This document shows, piece after piece, positions 1-12,626 of a stretch of DNA of 64,000 bases. Position numbers and translations under genes: made by a program. The notes under the pieces are model-generated. The model was not told the origin of the DNA. It saw only the letters and a list, made by a program, of their open reading frames with translations, and made no database searches. The stretch's first letter is position 1. Every line of letters starts with the position of its first letter. The stretch is taken from contig NC_087436.1 of NCBI RefSeq assembly GCF_036321535.1, positions 7,750,001-7,814,000 on the forward strand. The letters are read 5' to 3'. The stretch comes from Camelus dromedarius (taxonomy: Eukaryota).

Positions 1-789
1 ATACTGTTCAGAAATAAATAATGCAAGTGTCTTAGGAATTTGTTATGAGAAAAACAGTATTTTAACATTACAGCTTCACAGTAAGGATTATTACTGAATA
101 TTAACTTTTTATGTGTATATAGGTTAGAATCATATAAATCCTGACTCAGAATAATTTATATTCCACATGAGTTGAAATGCAATTGAAAAAAATCTAGAAA
201 TAATACTTTAAATAAAACCTATATGCTCAATACCTTTCTTAATTGACTACATACTTATCTATAAATCTTAATCATAGTGTTTGTTGAAACTAAAGTTGCT
301 TAGCTCCAGAATCTACTTGTATAAACATTTATAAATTACTTTTCAAGCAGATATTTACTGTTAATGCTCTTCTCTTAGATTCATTTATCGTTGTGTGTAA
401 GTGAACTTGAGATCAACACATTTTATGTTACAAGCCCTTGAAACAACTGGTCAAATGTGTTAACATTTTTATGAAACTTGTTAGTTGGCCTTTGAGCAAT
501 TTATTCTAGCATTAGATGATAACGATATAAGTATTATACTTTAATCTTTATGTCTGTCTGTTTCTCATTTATTTTGTGCATTCTTGAAATTGTAAGATGC
601 CCAAGTGACTTTTGATCAAGCAATGAACTATTTCATGGTTGGTGGTAAAGAATAAGGAAAACTCTAATCATTTTGACAATTTCATTTGAATATGCATAAT
701 GATTGTCAAAGATTGTCTTATGTTTATAATTAATGCTTAAAGTGAGCAGAAACAACAAACAGGATGAATAAGGAAGAGGCAAAAGTGCT

Positions 790-2665
790 GTTTATGTCAG
801 TTCCCTTGATTCTGGATCTATAAATAAATCCTGGTTATGAGAGAAGCAGTATCATCGATTGGATGCTGACTCAGATCACATAGAGCCTTCTGGAAAACCT
901 TTGCCGCAGCCCCACAGGGAATTGTCACCCCCCTAGCTGGTACAATAGTTAAGCCTTACATAGGGCCCTCTGCCATTCTACTATACCAGCTACTTCAGGA
1001 TAGTGGGGAGCATGGTGATATCATTGTATCCGCAAGCACAGCGCCACCATGCACTTCATTAGCTGTGAAGGGAGTCCCTTGATCAGAAGCAATGCCGTGT
1101 CGAAGACCATGATGATGACCAAGTCATTTAAAAAAAATTCTTGGGTAGTAGCGTCGTCAGCAGCAATGTGTGCAGGGAAAACAAATCCATATCCAGATTG
1201 CCTGTTAGAGTGAAAACAAAATGCCGCCCTTCCATGATGGAAGTGATCCAGCGTAATCAGCCTGTCACCAGGTAGCTGGCTGACCAACCCTGGAAACAGT
1301 GCTGACTCAGGGACTCAGTGTTGGTCTGTGCCGCTGACAGATTGGGCACACAGCTGTGACAGGAACCAGATCAGCCTTGATGAGTGGAAGTCCATGCCTC
1401 TGAGTCCATGATCACCTCCATCCCTGCCACCATGGCCACTTTGTCCGTGAGTCCTTTGGGTGACGACAGGGGAGGCTGAAGAAAGGGCTGACCGGTATCC
1501 ACAGAAAAGATCATTCTATCCACTTGATCATTAAAATCCTCCCCAGCTGAGGCCACCCCTTTGGTGGGCCCTTCACCACTGTCCAAGGTTGTCCCAGGCA
1601 GGAGAAGCAGGCAGCTGTCCACATTCAGGAGGTGCCTGCATCCTATGCAGACTCATCTGTAAACCAGGCCCAAGTTTTCTCCTTCTCTGTCCCCTGATCA
1701 TAGGGAGCTCCCCATGGGGTCACAGCTGAGACTAGGGGAGGGAAGACAGAGTAGCAAGAGGGAGACCATGGACATTTGGGCCACTTTTTCATTTAACTTG
1801 CTTGTGCCTTGTGCCTTCAGGGCCTGCTCAGTCCCAACTGTATATAAACCACTTCCATTGGAAGATGGGATACTGATGTGTGCACCCAACTTTGTGGGTT
1901 GGTGGTTCCGATCACACCCAGTTCACGATGCGCAGCCCAGGTCGCGTGGTAACTTGGTGGTCCATGATGAAGCATGTCTCTACAAAAGCTCAGTAGCAGC
2001 CAGGAGCCCTGTCTCCAAAGGGGAGTGGTTATTTTCAGAGGATGGCAGGTCTTTGTTCCAAAACCCTCAGAGCCTGGGCTGTGATATATCTGTAAGGGCC
2101 CATGGAAAGCTTTAAAGAGCATCCTTACCTGCCACTGAAGCCCCACTGGATCTGTGGGATCATGTGGCCCAAGTGATGAAGCAGCTTGGATAGCAGCCTG
2201 GACCTGTTGCAGACCCTTCTCATGTTCCGGGCTCCACTCAAAAGTAGCACCTTCTCAAGTCACCTGGTAGTTGAGATGATGTGACGTGCTCAGACGAGGA
2301 ACATGTTGCCTCCGAAATCCAGAGTCTCTCTCTAGACAGCGTTCCTCTCTTTTGGTTGTCGAAAGGGCCAGATGTAGCAACTCATCCTTCACCTTAGAAA
2401 GTGTTTGTTGCCATGGACCACACCATTTGAGCCCTAGAAATTTCACTGAGGTAGAAGCCTTCTGAAGCTTCACCAGATTTACCTCCCACTCTGCATCGTG
2501 CAAATATCTTATCAGAAAGTGTAGGATAGTTGCTACTTTTGCTCACTAGGTCCACGCGGCATTATGACATACATATAAAGGACCGGCGTGATATCTTGTG
2601 GAAGCAAACGATAATAAAGATCCTTATGAACAAAATTATGATATAGGTGGGGTGCACTCAGAGCA
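790..2665 (-). mobile_element. ERV-L (HERV-L/MuERV-L-like) internal pol remnant: RT C-terminal half, tether, partly deleted RNase H and integrase, with frameshifts and stops
   Basis: Minus-strand peptides resemble ERV-L Pol: LYHNFVHKDL..LLPQDITPVLYMYVIM (degenerate YIDD region), STSVKFLGLKWCG..SKVKDELLHLALSTTK, LNEKVAQM, ASAGEDFNDQVDRM and SGYGFVFPA (integrase core). No LTR seen. Confidence 0.9.
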
Positions 2666-2994
2666 GGGGACCTGAGGAAATGACTCCTCTGTTTACAACA
2701 CACCCAACAGGAATCTGGGTTCATTGTGACGAGGGGCACAAAACTTGAGGCCTTTCTATGAACACATACCCTACACGTGTCCCCCTGCACCTCCACATGG
2801 CTGCTGGGCAGGACCGGTGGGACAGGGTTCAATATTGAAAAAAACGCCACACTATTTAGTGGGGGAATTTGCCACCTAGAGCCTGTCCGGCCCGTGCATG
2901 GGTGGGCCATGAGTGGTCTTATAGACATAAATGCTTTCAACCTCTTTTCAAGGGAAAAAAAAGAGATTCCATGTGCCATTCTGGAGGACAGAAG

Positions 2995-3290
2995 GTTTTT
3001 GGAGCAATGAAAATATTTTGTACAACATTATAACAATGGAGATCTATGTCATCATACTTTGGCCCGAACTAAGGCAAACTGTGGACTTTGGTGATTATAA
3101 TGTCTCAAAGTGTGTTCATCCTTAGTTAAAAAAACAAAAGTACCACCCTGGTAAATGAAAATAAAGATGATGCACATGTGTGGAGAGGGAGTATGTAGGG
3201 AGCGTCTGTACCTTCCTGTCTATTTTGTTGTAAACCTAAAACTGCTAAAAAAAAAAAAAAGTCTTAAAAACAAAACAAAACAAAATAAAA
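2995..3290 (+). mobile_element. Old LINE-1 3' UTR end (L1MC-like) with A-rich tail
   Basis: Has aaactgtggactttggtgattataatg...gtaaacctaaaactgct followed by an A tail; homologous to 18885-19100. Confidence 0.8.
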
Positions 3291-4020
3291 AATTATGATG
3301 TAGGACTGGAGAGTTTATTTACCCCTGAGGTGGGGCAGTAAGGTGGTTTGCTGGCCTTGCCGGCTGAAAGCAAACTGCTTCTGATAGTCTTTACGAACAG
3401 GTGTTGAGATACCCTGCCCCCAGTTAATTCTTTTGGGTGTCTGTCTGGTTTTGATTTACATATCTTTTTTGTTTTTATAATTTCTTATTGTCTTTACTGG
3501 TAGTTTTCTTCCTTCACTCCTTTGAAGGTCTCCTTCGTGCTTATTTTTAACATCCTTTGACAATGTGGTGCTGTTTACATATCATTAGTGACTTTATCTG
3601 CTAATTATTCAGTTGGTTAGGTGCCTTTCTGTAACATTATGTTTCCTCACGTGCTTTTAATTTTAATCTCTCTGTTCTTCTTGTGTTTTGCTTTTTTAAT
3701 GTCTAGGCTTAGCCTGTCCTGTCTGGCAGTTTTGTAGTCACGTCAACTTTTTTCTTTAAGATGCCATGTGTAAATAAAACAGCCAGGTTATCCCCGCAGG
3801 CCAGATTTTCTTTCCCGTGGGATATTGGGAAATTTGGAGATCAGGTTCTCGGTCATGCATGCTAGGACTTCCTGACTCCCGTCCACTGGCAAGTACGCTG
3901 TTTTATATGAGCCTTAGATCTACGGATGCTCAATTCCATTTAAACTCATTTGTCAAGCCGTTCTCAGTTGAAGATCCCTTTCGGTTCTTAACTGCTGTTC
4001 ACTTCACAAGTAGGTACTTT

Positions 4021-4419
4021 TTTTTTTTTTTTAACTTTTTTTATTGAGTTATTGCGTTATAGTCATTTTACAATGTTGTGTCAAATTCCAGTGTAGAGCA
4101 CAATTTTTCCGTTATACATGAACATATATATATTCATTGTCACATTTTTTTTCCTCTGTGAGCTGCCACAAGATCCTGTATATATTTCCCTGTGCTACAC
4201 AGTACAATCTTGTTTATCTATTCTACATTTTGAACTCCAGTCTGTACCTTCCCACTCCCCGCCCCCTTGGCAACCACAAGTTTGTATTCTATGTCTGTGA
4301 GTCTGTTTCTGTTTTGTATTTATGTTGTTGGTTTTTTTTTTAGATTCCTCGTATAAGCAATCTTATATGGTATTTTTCTCTTTCTGGCTTACTTCACTTA
4401 GAATGACATTCTCCAGGAA
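4021..4419 (-). mobile_element. 5'-truncated young LINE-1 (3' UTR plus ORF2 end)
   Basis: Poly-T tail on + strand and L1 ORF2 end (ttctggcttacttcacttagaatgac). 16-bp TSD cacaagtagg(t/c)acttt at 4005-4020 and 4420-4435. Confidence 0.95.
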
Positions 4420-5362
4420 CACAAGTAGGCACTTTTAGTTTGACTACTGCTGTCTGTTTCTGTTTCTGCCTTCCAGTTCAGAACTGGAGCTCTGCTGTCC
4501 AAGACTTCACCCAACTATCAATCACTGTGGCTTCAGACTGTTATTAATACATGTTCATTTTTATTTTAATATACTTTCTTTAGTATATTTTCTTTCAGTG
4601 TCTCACTTAGGAAACTCTTATTGTGGGATTCATAGAACCATATTTCTTGAAATCATCAAGCACTTTTTAGCTTTACAAAAGGCACTTTTTAAAACACTTT
4701 TTAAAAATATTATAAATCTTCATGCCTGGATTTTTCTCCCATTTTAATACATTTTAATTATTCTCATCACATCCGTTTTTAGTTATACACTCTTGTGACT
4801 GTAACTCCTGGCAATTTGATGGTGTACATATTTCAAATGCAGGAATAATAGGATTACAAATGCAAAAAGTTAGGATTAAAATGATGACATGGAAACTGAG
4901 AAAACAGAAATAACATATAATGAAAAGGTGTAGCTTCTGCCAATCTCAGCCAGTGATGAAAAACGGCTGCTGGTGGTACTCTGATATCTAGAAGGTAATA
5001 GAAAACGGGAAAAGAAAAAAAAAAAATTTAGGTCAGTGTTGAAATAGCATTAGCATTTTAAAGAAGTGGGAGAAGACACTTCACTAACTTTCCTTTTCAA
5101 TGATGACAGCAAAAAGGTCTCATATTTTATACGAGTGCATATTTTTTGGCTAATGCTGGTTAAGTCCAAAAGTAACTGTAGGTTAAACTCTACTTTAAAA
5201 TGCCATTTATAACTTGAAAGCAAGCATTATTTAATTTTCTAGTTAATCAAAAATAATTATTGTGATCATGAATAAAGTCTGATTAAGATTTTGGGTTAAT
5301 TAGAGAGAGATTTTGAAAAATTTTAATAGATTCAAGTCTAAATGAAATCCAACAGGACATTG

Positions 5363-5583
5363 TTTTTTTTTTTTTCTTTCTTTTTATTGAGTTATAATCA
5401 GTTTACAATATTGTATCAACCTCCAGTGTAGAGCACAATTTTTCAGTTATACATGAACATATACAAATTCATTGTCACATTCTTTTTCGCTGTGAGCTAC
5501 CACAAGATCTTGTATGTATTTCCCTGTGCTATACGGTATAATCTTGTTTATCCACTCTGCATATGCCTGTCAATATCTACAAA
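5363..5583 (-). mobile_element. Short young LINE-1 3' end
   Basis: Poly-T followed by sequence closely similar to 4040-4230 (ccagtgtagagcacaattttt..gttatacatgaacatata). Confidence 0.9.
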
Positions 5584-5590
5584 GTTTTTT

Positions 5591-5650
5591 AAATGCTATT
5601 TTTGTAAATGCTATTTTTTAAATGTTATTTTTTAATGCTATTTTTTTTTA
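5591..5650. repeat. Short tandem repeat, about 4 copies of a 14-15 bp unit (aaatgctattttt..)
   Basis: aaatgctatttttgt aaatgctatttttt aaatgttatttttt aatgctattttttttt. Confidence 0.8.
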
Positions 5651-7323
5651 AGGAGCTATAAGTGGAACAGTTATGTTTAAACACTGGATTAAGAAGGTGA
5701 TTCAAATTTTTTCCTATTATTTGTTTCCACTTCTCACCTGTTTAAAAACCAGTGAGTTGGCGATATCGGTCACAATAAATATTGGACCTGCACAAGCACT
5801 TTCTATCTGAACTTGAATTATTTCAAAGTGAAAAATCCTTTCTTTGACTTAAAAAGGGAAATTGCCTGTGAACTGAGGAGAATTTATATATGGAAAGGCC
5901 TCCCTCAAGAATTTATTCTTCATCAATTGATCATCTTATCTTTCCTGGATAAGAAAGCATGGTTATGCTTGGACTTTGTAGAAAGTTCAAATGACTTCTA
6001 ATTACTCATAGATGAATTATTTGTTAAATTAGCTTCCTATTTGCTCACAATTTTATTTTTAAATACATTTTCAAGTGTACTTCTGGATGTCTCTGGTCAT
6101 TGTCCGGATTTTAACAAGGAGTAAATAAGACTGAAATGCTTCTCTTGCTCTGCATTTTTCTGGAGTGAGAGTAGACTCAGGACACTGACTAGATGTCCCG
6201 TGAAATAAAAGCAGCTGGACAGATGGCACAAAGGCAGTAGGAGACAGAGCCCAGGCTGTTCAGCAAGACCGAAAGAGAAGCAGCCTTATAGAACAGTTGA
6301 TCCTAGAACAGACACTGATTGCTCTTTTTACAGCTTTTTTGTCTTTGCTGGATCTAGGAATCTTGAATGACAAGAGTAGATAGACGCAGAATGAGGTCAA
6401 AGGTCCATGAAAGTCTGGCCCTTGATTGAATAATGTCCTCAGTCAAGATCTCCTTACACTACTGTCTAGTTGTTCTTATCACAGTTTCTATTAATTCTTA
6501 TTTTTCTTCATCAATTTTATCTACTCTCAATAGGATGACAACATTTAAAAAAGAAATAAAAAGGAGAAGGAAGGATAGAGAGAGTGGAATTTCCAGGAAA
6601 AGATACCAAAGAACAACTGAATGCCAAGAACCATCCTTTGTCCTTACTTGGAATGAAAAGCTTCTCCTTTCAAAGGAGTGGATTATTTAAAAAATAAAGG
6701 CAAAATAACATAGATATTGTTTTTCAAGTTAAGATGATTTTTTAGAAGTTTCACCCTTCATTATTTCTTTCTTTCCATTTTAATTCTGACTTAATGGAGT
6801 AAAACCAGGAACAATACTTTCTCATTTTAATTTATATCCTGTGATTTCAGATAGTAAGCAAGAGACCACTTATAAATAAATGTCTTATAATATATATCTT
6901 TTTTATTAATAGTGTTTATTGAAAAAATTTTGTTATGTTTTTTCTCCGATGGGGCACTACCCACTTACGCAGCAAGTGGGAGGTACTGAAAAAGATGAAA
7001 AAAATGACATTGGGGAATTAATATTTTACTTTGATCCAACAATTTCATTAGACACTTAGGAGACATTCATCAAACCAATAGATTTATTAATAAAGTTATA
7101 TTTGTGTTTTTGGTTCCAGGCAAACAGTTATGATTATCAAATAAGTAAAACTGTAATCCATATTTTTTGATACCTTGCTCAGTAAATGTGAAAGCTACTG
7201 AGAGCAGTGTATCCATTTTTACTTATATATAATGCTGACTTCCAGTACTCCCATAACACAGAAAGGTAATATCAATAATTTTCTAAGTCAACTTTTCTCA
7301 AAATAAAGTCCAAACTTGACCAG

Positions 7324-7799
7324 TGCTGACTACAGAAACATTGCTCAAGTTAAGAGCCATGAGTTGAGTTTTATTCAGAATCTTACTGAGGACCATAGCC
7401 AGAGAGACAGCCTCTCGGATAGCTCTGATGCACTGCTCAAAGAGGTAGGGGGCATGGCCAGTGTATACATATGGTTTTGTTAGGGAATACATGCAGTCAA
7501 TCACACATTCCAACAAAAGGTCACTGCTAGTCATGAGGGATAGGTATCTCCATTAATGTTGGTGTTTTTATATATATATATATATAGTACTTCATATATA
7601 TATATGAAGATATAAGAATTTGAGTGTATTAAAATTCTTCCTGAGATATCGAACTATCTAAGGGGGCTATTTTTCCAAAGCACGGGGTGCTTTCATCCTG
7701 AGTTCCTTTTAGGGCGCACTGATGGTCAGCGATGGTAGTGGCTAATTAGTTGATCTTTGTAGAACTGGATGGTGGGCAACATTCTTTCTTTTTTTAACT
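7324..7799 (-). mobile_element. 3' LTR of an ERV1 (gamma-like) element
   Basis: Ends ...gtagtcagCA on the minus strand, AATAAA at 7370-7375, and preceded by a polypurine tract (aaaaggggag, 7800-7809). Its R/U5 region is homologous to the solo LTR at 14415-14887. Confidence 0.85.
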
Positions 7800-8686
7800 C
7801 TCCCCTTTTGGTTGTAAATTGACCAGGGCTCGGAAGGCTTTTTATGAGCAGTTTGTCCCACAGTACTGGGACGTCTCAATTCCAAGTCAGGCAAGGATTT
7901 CATTAAGAAGCCACTCCATGTGTTCTGACTGGACGAGGCTCTGTTGGTGGTAGCCATAAAAAACCTGGGCCACCTGTCTTACGAGTCTGCTGTGGTCCCA
8001 GAAGTGTTTCTTCTTTGCTGCTTCTTTCCATACCTAGAGTTACACTAGTACAATTTCAATCTTATATAGAACTATGTATTTGGTAAACCATTGCAAGTTG
8101 CTTAGTCATCATTATTTTTGTTGGAGGCTAAATTACACTTTGGGTTATATAAGAAATAAGCTTACAGAATAGGCAGAATAAAAGTATTGCTAGTAGCATT
8201 AATAAACCCATAAGTAAGAAAAATTAAACCAGGAACTTCCGTTAGTTGCAGCCCAGTATACCTCCAGTTGTCTGACCCAGTCTGTCCTATGTCAATCACT
8301 GTCTTTAAAAGTCATGCTATACTCGCATCATTGATATGGCACTCAGTCCAATTTCCTAGTGTTATTAGGCTGATAATTTATAGTATGAATTAACTGTTCC
8401 CAATGTAATGGGGCTTAAACTTAAATGACCCTAACCTGGTGTTAACACACATAAATGAATCATGTAATTGAGGGAAGATTCTCCTAATATGTGGGAGGTT
8501 ATGTTTCTTTTACTGAAATTTAGCTTGTTGCTCTGATTGAACTTGAATAACCTTTAAGGAAAATTCATATTTATGGCCAGGGTCAAAGCAAATATGGCCA
8601 AGTGAGTGTTCCCATCTAATCATATCAGTAGTGGCCCAAACAGAATGATAACTTCTTTCTTCAAGGTTACATTTCCTAAGGACCAT

Positions 8687-8780
8687 CCAATCAGAGCCTT
8701 GTAGAGGAGAAATCCACCAAAGTAACTAGAAGCAGGTAACTGTAGGTAATTAATCATAAACCCAACAATTTGATTGATTT
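8687..8780 (-). pseudogene. Gamma-type env SU remnant
   Basis: Translates NQSNCWVYD*LPTVTCF*LLWWISPLQGSDW, a decayed CWVC (CXXC) motif and its downstream block. Confidence 0.75.
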
Positions 8781-9006
8781 TTAAAGTCTATGCAGGATTG
8801 TGCACATGATATAAAAACATTTGATTCATATGTAAAAGTCCAAGAAATCAAGAAAAACTAAAACTAATCATATGAAAGTCAGGTCTGGCATCTTAGGATA
8901 GCTGTCTACTTTTCATGTTGTCTTCTTATTGTCCTGGTGTTGGTGTCATGTCTTGTCTGTTGCGTTGTTTTAAGGTGAGTTTGAAGTTAGCAGCCCTCTC
9001 TATAGA

Positions 9007-9090
9007 CCAATCCAGTTCAGGGCCCCATTTTAAATGGGAAATATGAATTCAAGATACAGGCCTTTCCATCTAGGTTGCAAAGTGTCCTTT
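9007..9090 (-). pseudogene. Retroviral integrase C-terminal (GPY/F) remnant
   Basis: KDTLQPRWKGLY, then after a frameshift/deletion S*IHISHLK. Confidence 0.75.
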
Positions 9091-12000
9091 GAATGACCTC
9101 TTTTCAAGTATGCATAATCTCCTGGCTACACATCATGAAGCATCTGATCTTCATTTTAAAAGATATTACTGTGACAAGCTTCAGAAACAAGCTTGGAATG
9201 TCCTCTTAATTCAATTAAAACTTATAATAATGCAGCGAAATAACCAGGGGCCATTTGGAAGTTGGTCTTAGGCAGTAAATACAAAACCTGAAGACAATTA
9301 ACAACACCAGAATTTAAAATCCACTGAAACATATTTCTTCTCTAAAATTATCTTTATTTCTACAAGATGTAGACATATTAAGGCTAATTTGTTTGCAAAA
9401 TAAGCCTACTTTCAATAAATGGTCTGATTTTTTTACAAATGTGTAACAAGAATAGCAATTGATTGCATATGTTCTTATCAATTTATTTTGCTGGAACTTT
9501 TCAAAAATAATTTCCGATTGTCTTTTAAAAAGGCCTCTCAAGGTCAGGAAATACACACCAAGAACTTGCCACTAGACTCCACCAGACATACCTACAGATT
9601 TGGGTGGATTCCTCTGTTCTTGAGGTCTCCAAAATATCTTGAGGTTCCTGCACCTCCCAGGAAGTAACTTTTCTTATTTACCCTGTAAGGTTACTGGGAA
9701 CCAGTAAGCAAGGCAGCAGGCTGTTTTCCAGGGGCTCTATGGCTCCACAAATTCACTTTAGTTCCTTGAAGCTGTCTGGTCATATCCGAGTCTAGGCATA
9801 TTCTCAAACATGACATTCCAGGCAAAGCCATTGTAATATAAACAATGGTTCCAATTGTGTCCTGTTATAAGGAGAATAGATTCTTACTGAACTCATGAAA
9901 ATGACTACATGGCCACACAAATAAGAATATTCACTAAGAGTTTCCAAACTCTGGAGGGATCACTTAGATAAAAAAGACAAAGGTTTTAATTCTGCTTACA
10001 AAGGTATCATTAACCAAATTACTGTAAGTCATAATTAGCCTAAGGTGAAAGTTTCCTTATATCTAGAGAAAAAATTTAAACACAAGTAAATTTCAGAGAA
10101 AAAGTCATAATGATCATTCAGGCTTATGAAACAAATTCCTGTTGATCTTCATCTTCTGTTAACAGTTTTCTGAAGCCATCAGGATTTTCATTAGAATTCT
10201 GTAATTTCTTACCCAGTTTTGTGACATGATCTGAAAGTTCCCAGAAACCTGGCCTTGTCAAAAAGTCCTTTCTATGCATCTTCTTGAAGATGAAGCATTC
10301 TTGCAGAAACAACAGAGTAAAACAATAACGATAAGTGACAAGACTTAAAATGGCATGGTTAAGATCTGACTACAATGCAATTGTCAAAGAAAATTGGTTA
10401 TTTTTGTGGCATGCAGAATTTTAAAATAATAACTAAAATTATGATTGATAACATATCAGGACATATTCAAATTTGAGAAATTTTATATAATTTCTTGAAC
10501 ATTTATGTTAATAACATTTACCCTAACAATATAAGATTCATCACTACTTATTTGATAATGCTTCCTATGTAATTTAATCTACCAAATAAACCTGATTAGT
10601 TTCATATATTTTTTTTTTTGAGATATTGTAGGGGCCCTCTGAAACATCCCAGAGTTGGATAGAGGTCAAAAAATTTCATTTAGAATTTGATTTGGGGAAG
10701 TTTATCAAAGATATCAAAAGGGTTTAAAATAATCAAAGAGAATCGTAGGTCAACATGAAACAAAACTTATTCACTTAACTAAAGACAAAAAATACTTCAA
10801 ATACAAATACAAAAAGTTACAACATATTACCTAAAAGGTAGAGAAACTTTATAATTTGTTATCAGAGGCAGAATAATATTGCAAGAAACTTTTTCCTCTT
10901 AACGGAGAGAAAACCAAATTGTAGTTTTGCACTACTTCCCTTTAATATTAAAATTCATTAACTTAATTAAGTTTATTCTAATCTTAGTCAGTCCAGACTA
11001 CATATTAAACTCTTTTTTTCAGGGTTTCTTTTTCATAGCTTCTTATAATTTCCTATTTTTACCTTCAGGTTTTGTCTTATGCTTCCCCTTTATTCTCTTA
11101 CTCTCTCTTAACCTCTCTTCAAAATAAAATTATTTTCTTTCCCCTTAAAACAATGTTCATTCATTTTTATACCTTCTTTTTCCTTGCATACAAAGATATT
11201 TTTCTTATAATTCTTAGTAATTTTAATTATATATTTTAATTAGAATCCTTAACCTTTAAGAACTTAAGTTTCTAGTAAAAACTAAGAAGTAAGCAATTAT
11301 GAACTGTCTTTTACACTAGCATTCTATAGAATTGGCAAACATATAAGTACTATCTATGATTTTTAAAAAGGTGCTTCATATAGAAAATTTCTCAGTGTGG
11401 CACTAAACATATTTATTAATAGTTCTAGATATCTTTAGTTTCTCTTTAAAAGAAAGCCTATGTTCTGTGATTAGTATTTTAATGTCTTTTTGTATTTGGG
11501 AATAATCTAGATATTTAGTAAACTTCTGTCATTTAACTTAATTTACCAAAGCTCTAAATCTGGAAAAACTATTTTTAAGTAGACATACCATAAAACATAA
11601 TTATTCTTAAAGAGGTCACTTAAAAACTGTTACCTCATTTACATTTAATTCACTTTTCCCCAATAATTATGTTTAGATTACCCATGAAAACTTCATGAGA
11701 CATTAGATTAACCTTTTTTTTTTGCTGACAAATGCCTTGCTGACAAATGATAAAGATAATGTGAATTTATTTGATCTTCAGTAAACCTAGGTGCAATAGA
11801 AATATATTTAATGTTGATGACTTTAAAAACATGTCTGTACTAATTAAATAAATAAACTGAAATTAAATTTAATACCAATTATTGGTTTAATACTGAATAT
11901 TTTCCAGATCATGTAAAGTTGAAATTCATTTTGATTGGTTTCTACTATATTTCTGAAAATTCATATAATTATTAATTGCGTGTAAGCCAATTAAATAGAG

Positions 12001-12429
12001 CTTATTTACAAATTAATATTGGCAGTACCATCTGGGGTAGAAATACCATATTTATGAAATACATACACAGACACACAGAGATCCAGATAGACGCAGAGGT
12101 CTCATAGTTTTCTTTTTAAAACTTAGTCATAAATCAGGTATTACAATATAAAACTTATCAGTTTATAAATAACATTTGGCGTAGGTTAAGTCTACTTGTT
12201 TAAGTTTAAAAAGACCTCTTTTCTCTTTTGTTTCTTCCTAGTCTCAGGAATTAGAGATGGTTTAGGAAGGAGTTCCCTGACCTGTAGAGCATTTGCATCT
12301 CAAAGGCACAGGGAAAGAAATGCAAGCCCCTCCTAGAAGGACTTTTGTTCCCTTAGGGTCAGAATTTTGAAAAGAGATTTTATCAGGCTGGCTTTCTCTA
12401 ACTGTATATGCAAAATCAAGTCTTGGCAT

Positions 12430-12626
12430 ATCAATATACCCACTCTTGGACCTCTGACCATCAGCCCTTACAAGAACTGTCATGGTGCCTGTGGATGCAC
12501 CACGAGGCTCAAGGTCTACTGGAAGTCGAATCTGCCACCATCTTGGTCTTAACCCGTCTGCCCTGTCCTCAACTCCTGTGTCATTCCTTCAGTGGTGGTG
12601 CCCTGCCCCCCTTCCCTCCTGTCTCA
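12430..12626 (-). mobile_element. 5' (U3) fragment of a different ERV LTR
   Basis: Minus strand starts TGagacaggagggaaggggggcagggcac...ccaagatggtggcagattcgacttc. Not similar to the start of the 7324-7799 LTR. Left boundary approximate. Confidence 0.6.

Larger units (their letters stand above)
7800..12430 (-). mobile_element. Internal region of a non-autonomous ERV1-class element (MER4-group-like), mostly non-coding
   Basis: PPT adjacent to the LTR, env SU and integrase C-terminal remnants, then a long AT-rich internal tract without ORFs. Confidence 0.75.

Noticed and set aside
1714..2115. 133-aa plus-strand ORF
   Set aside because: It is antisense to decayed ERV-L pol.
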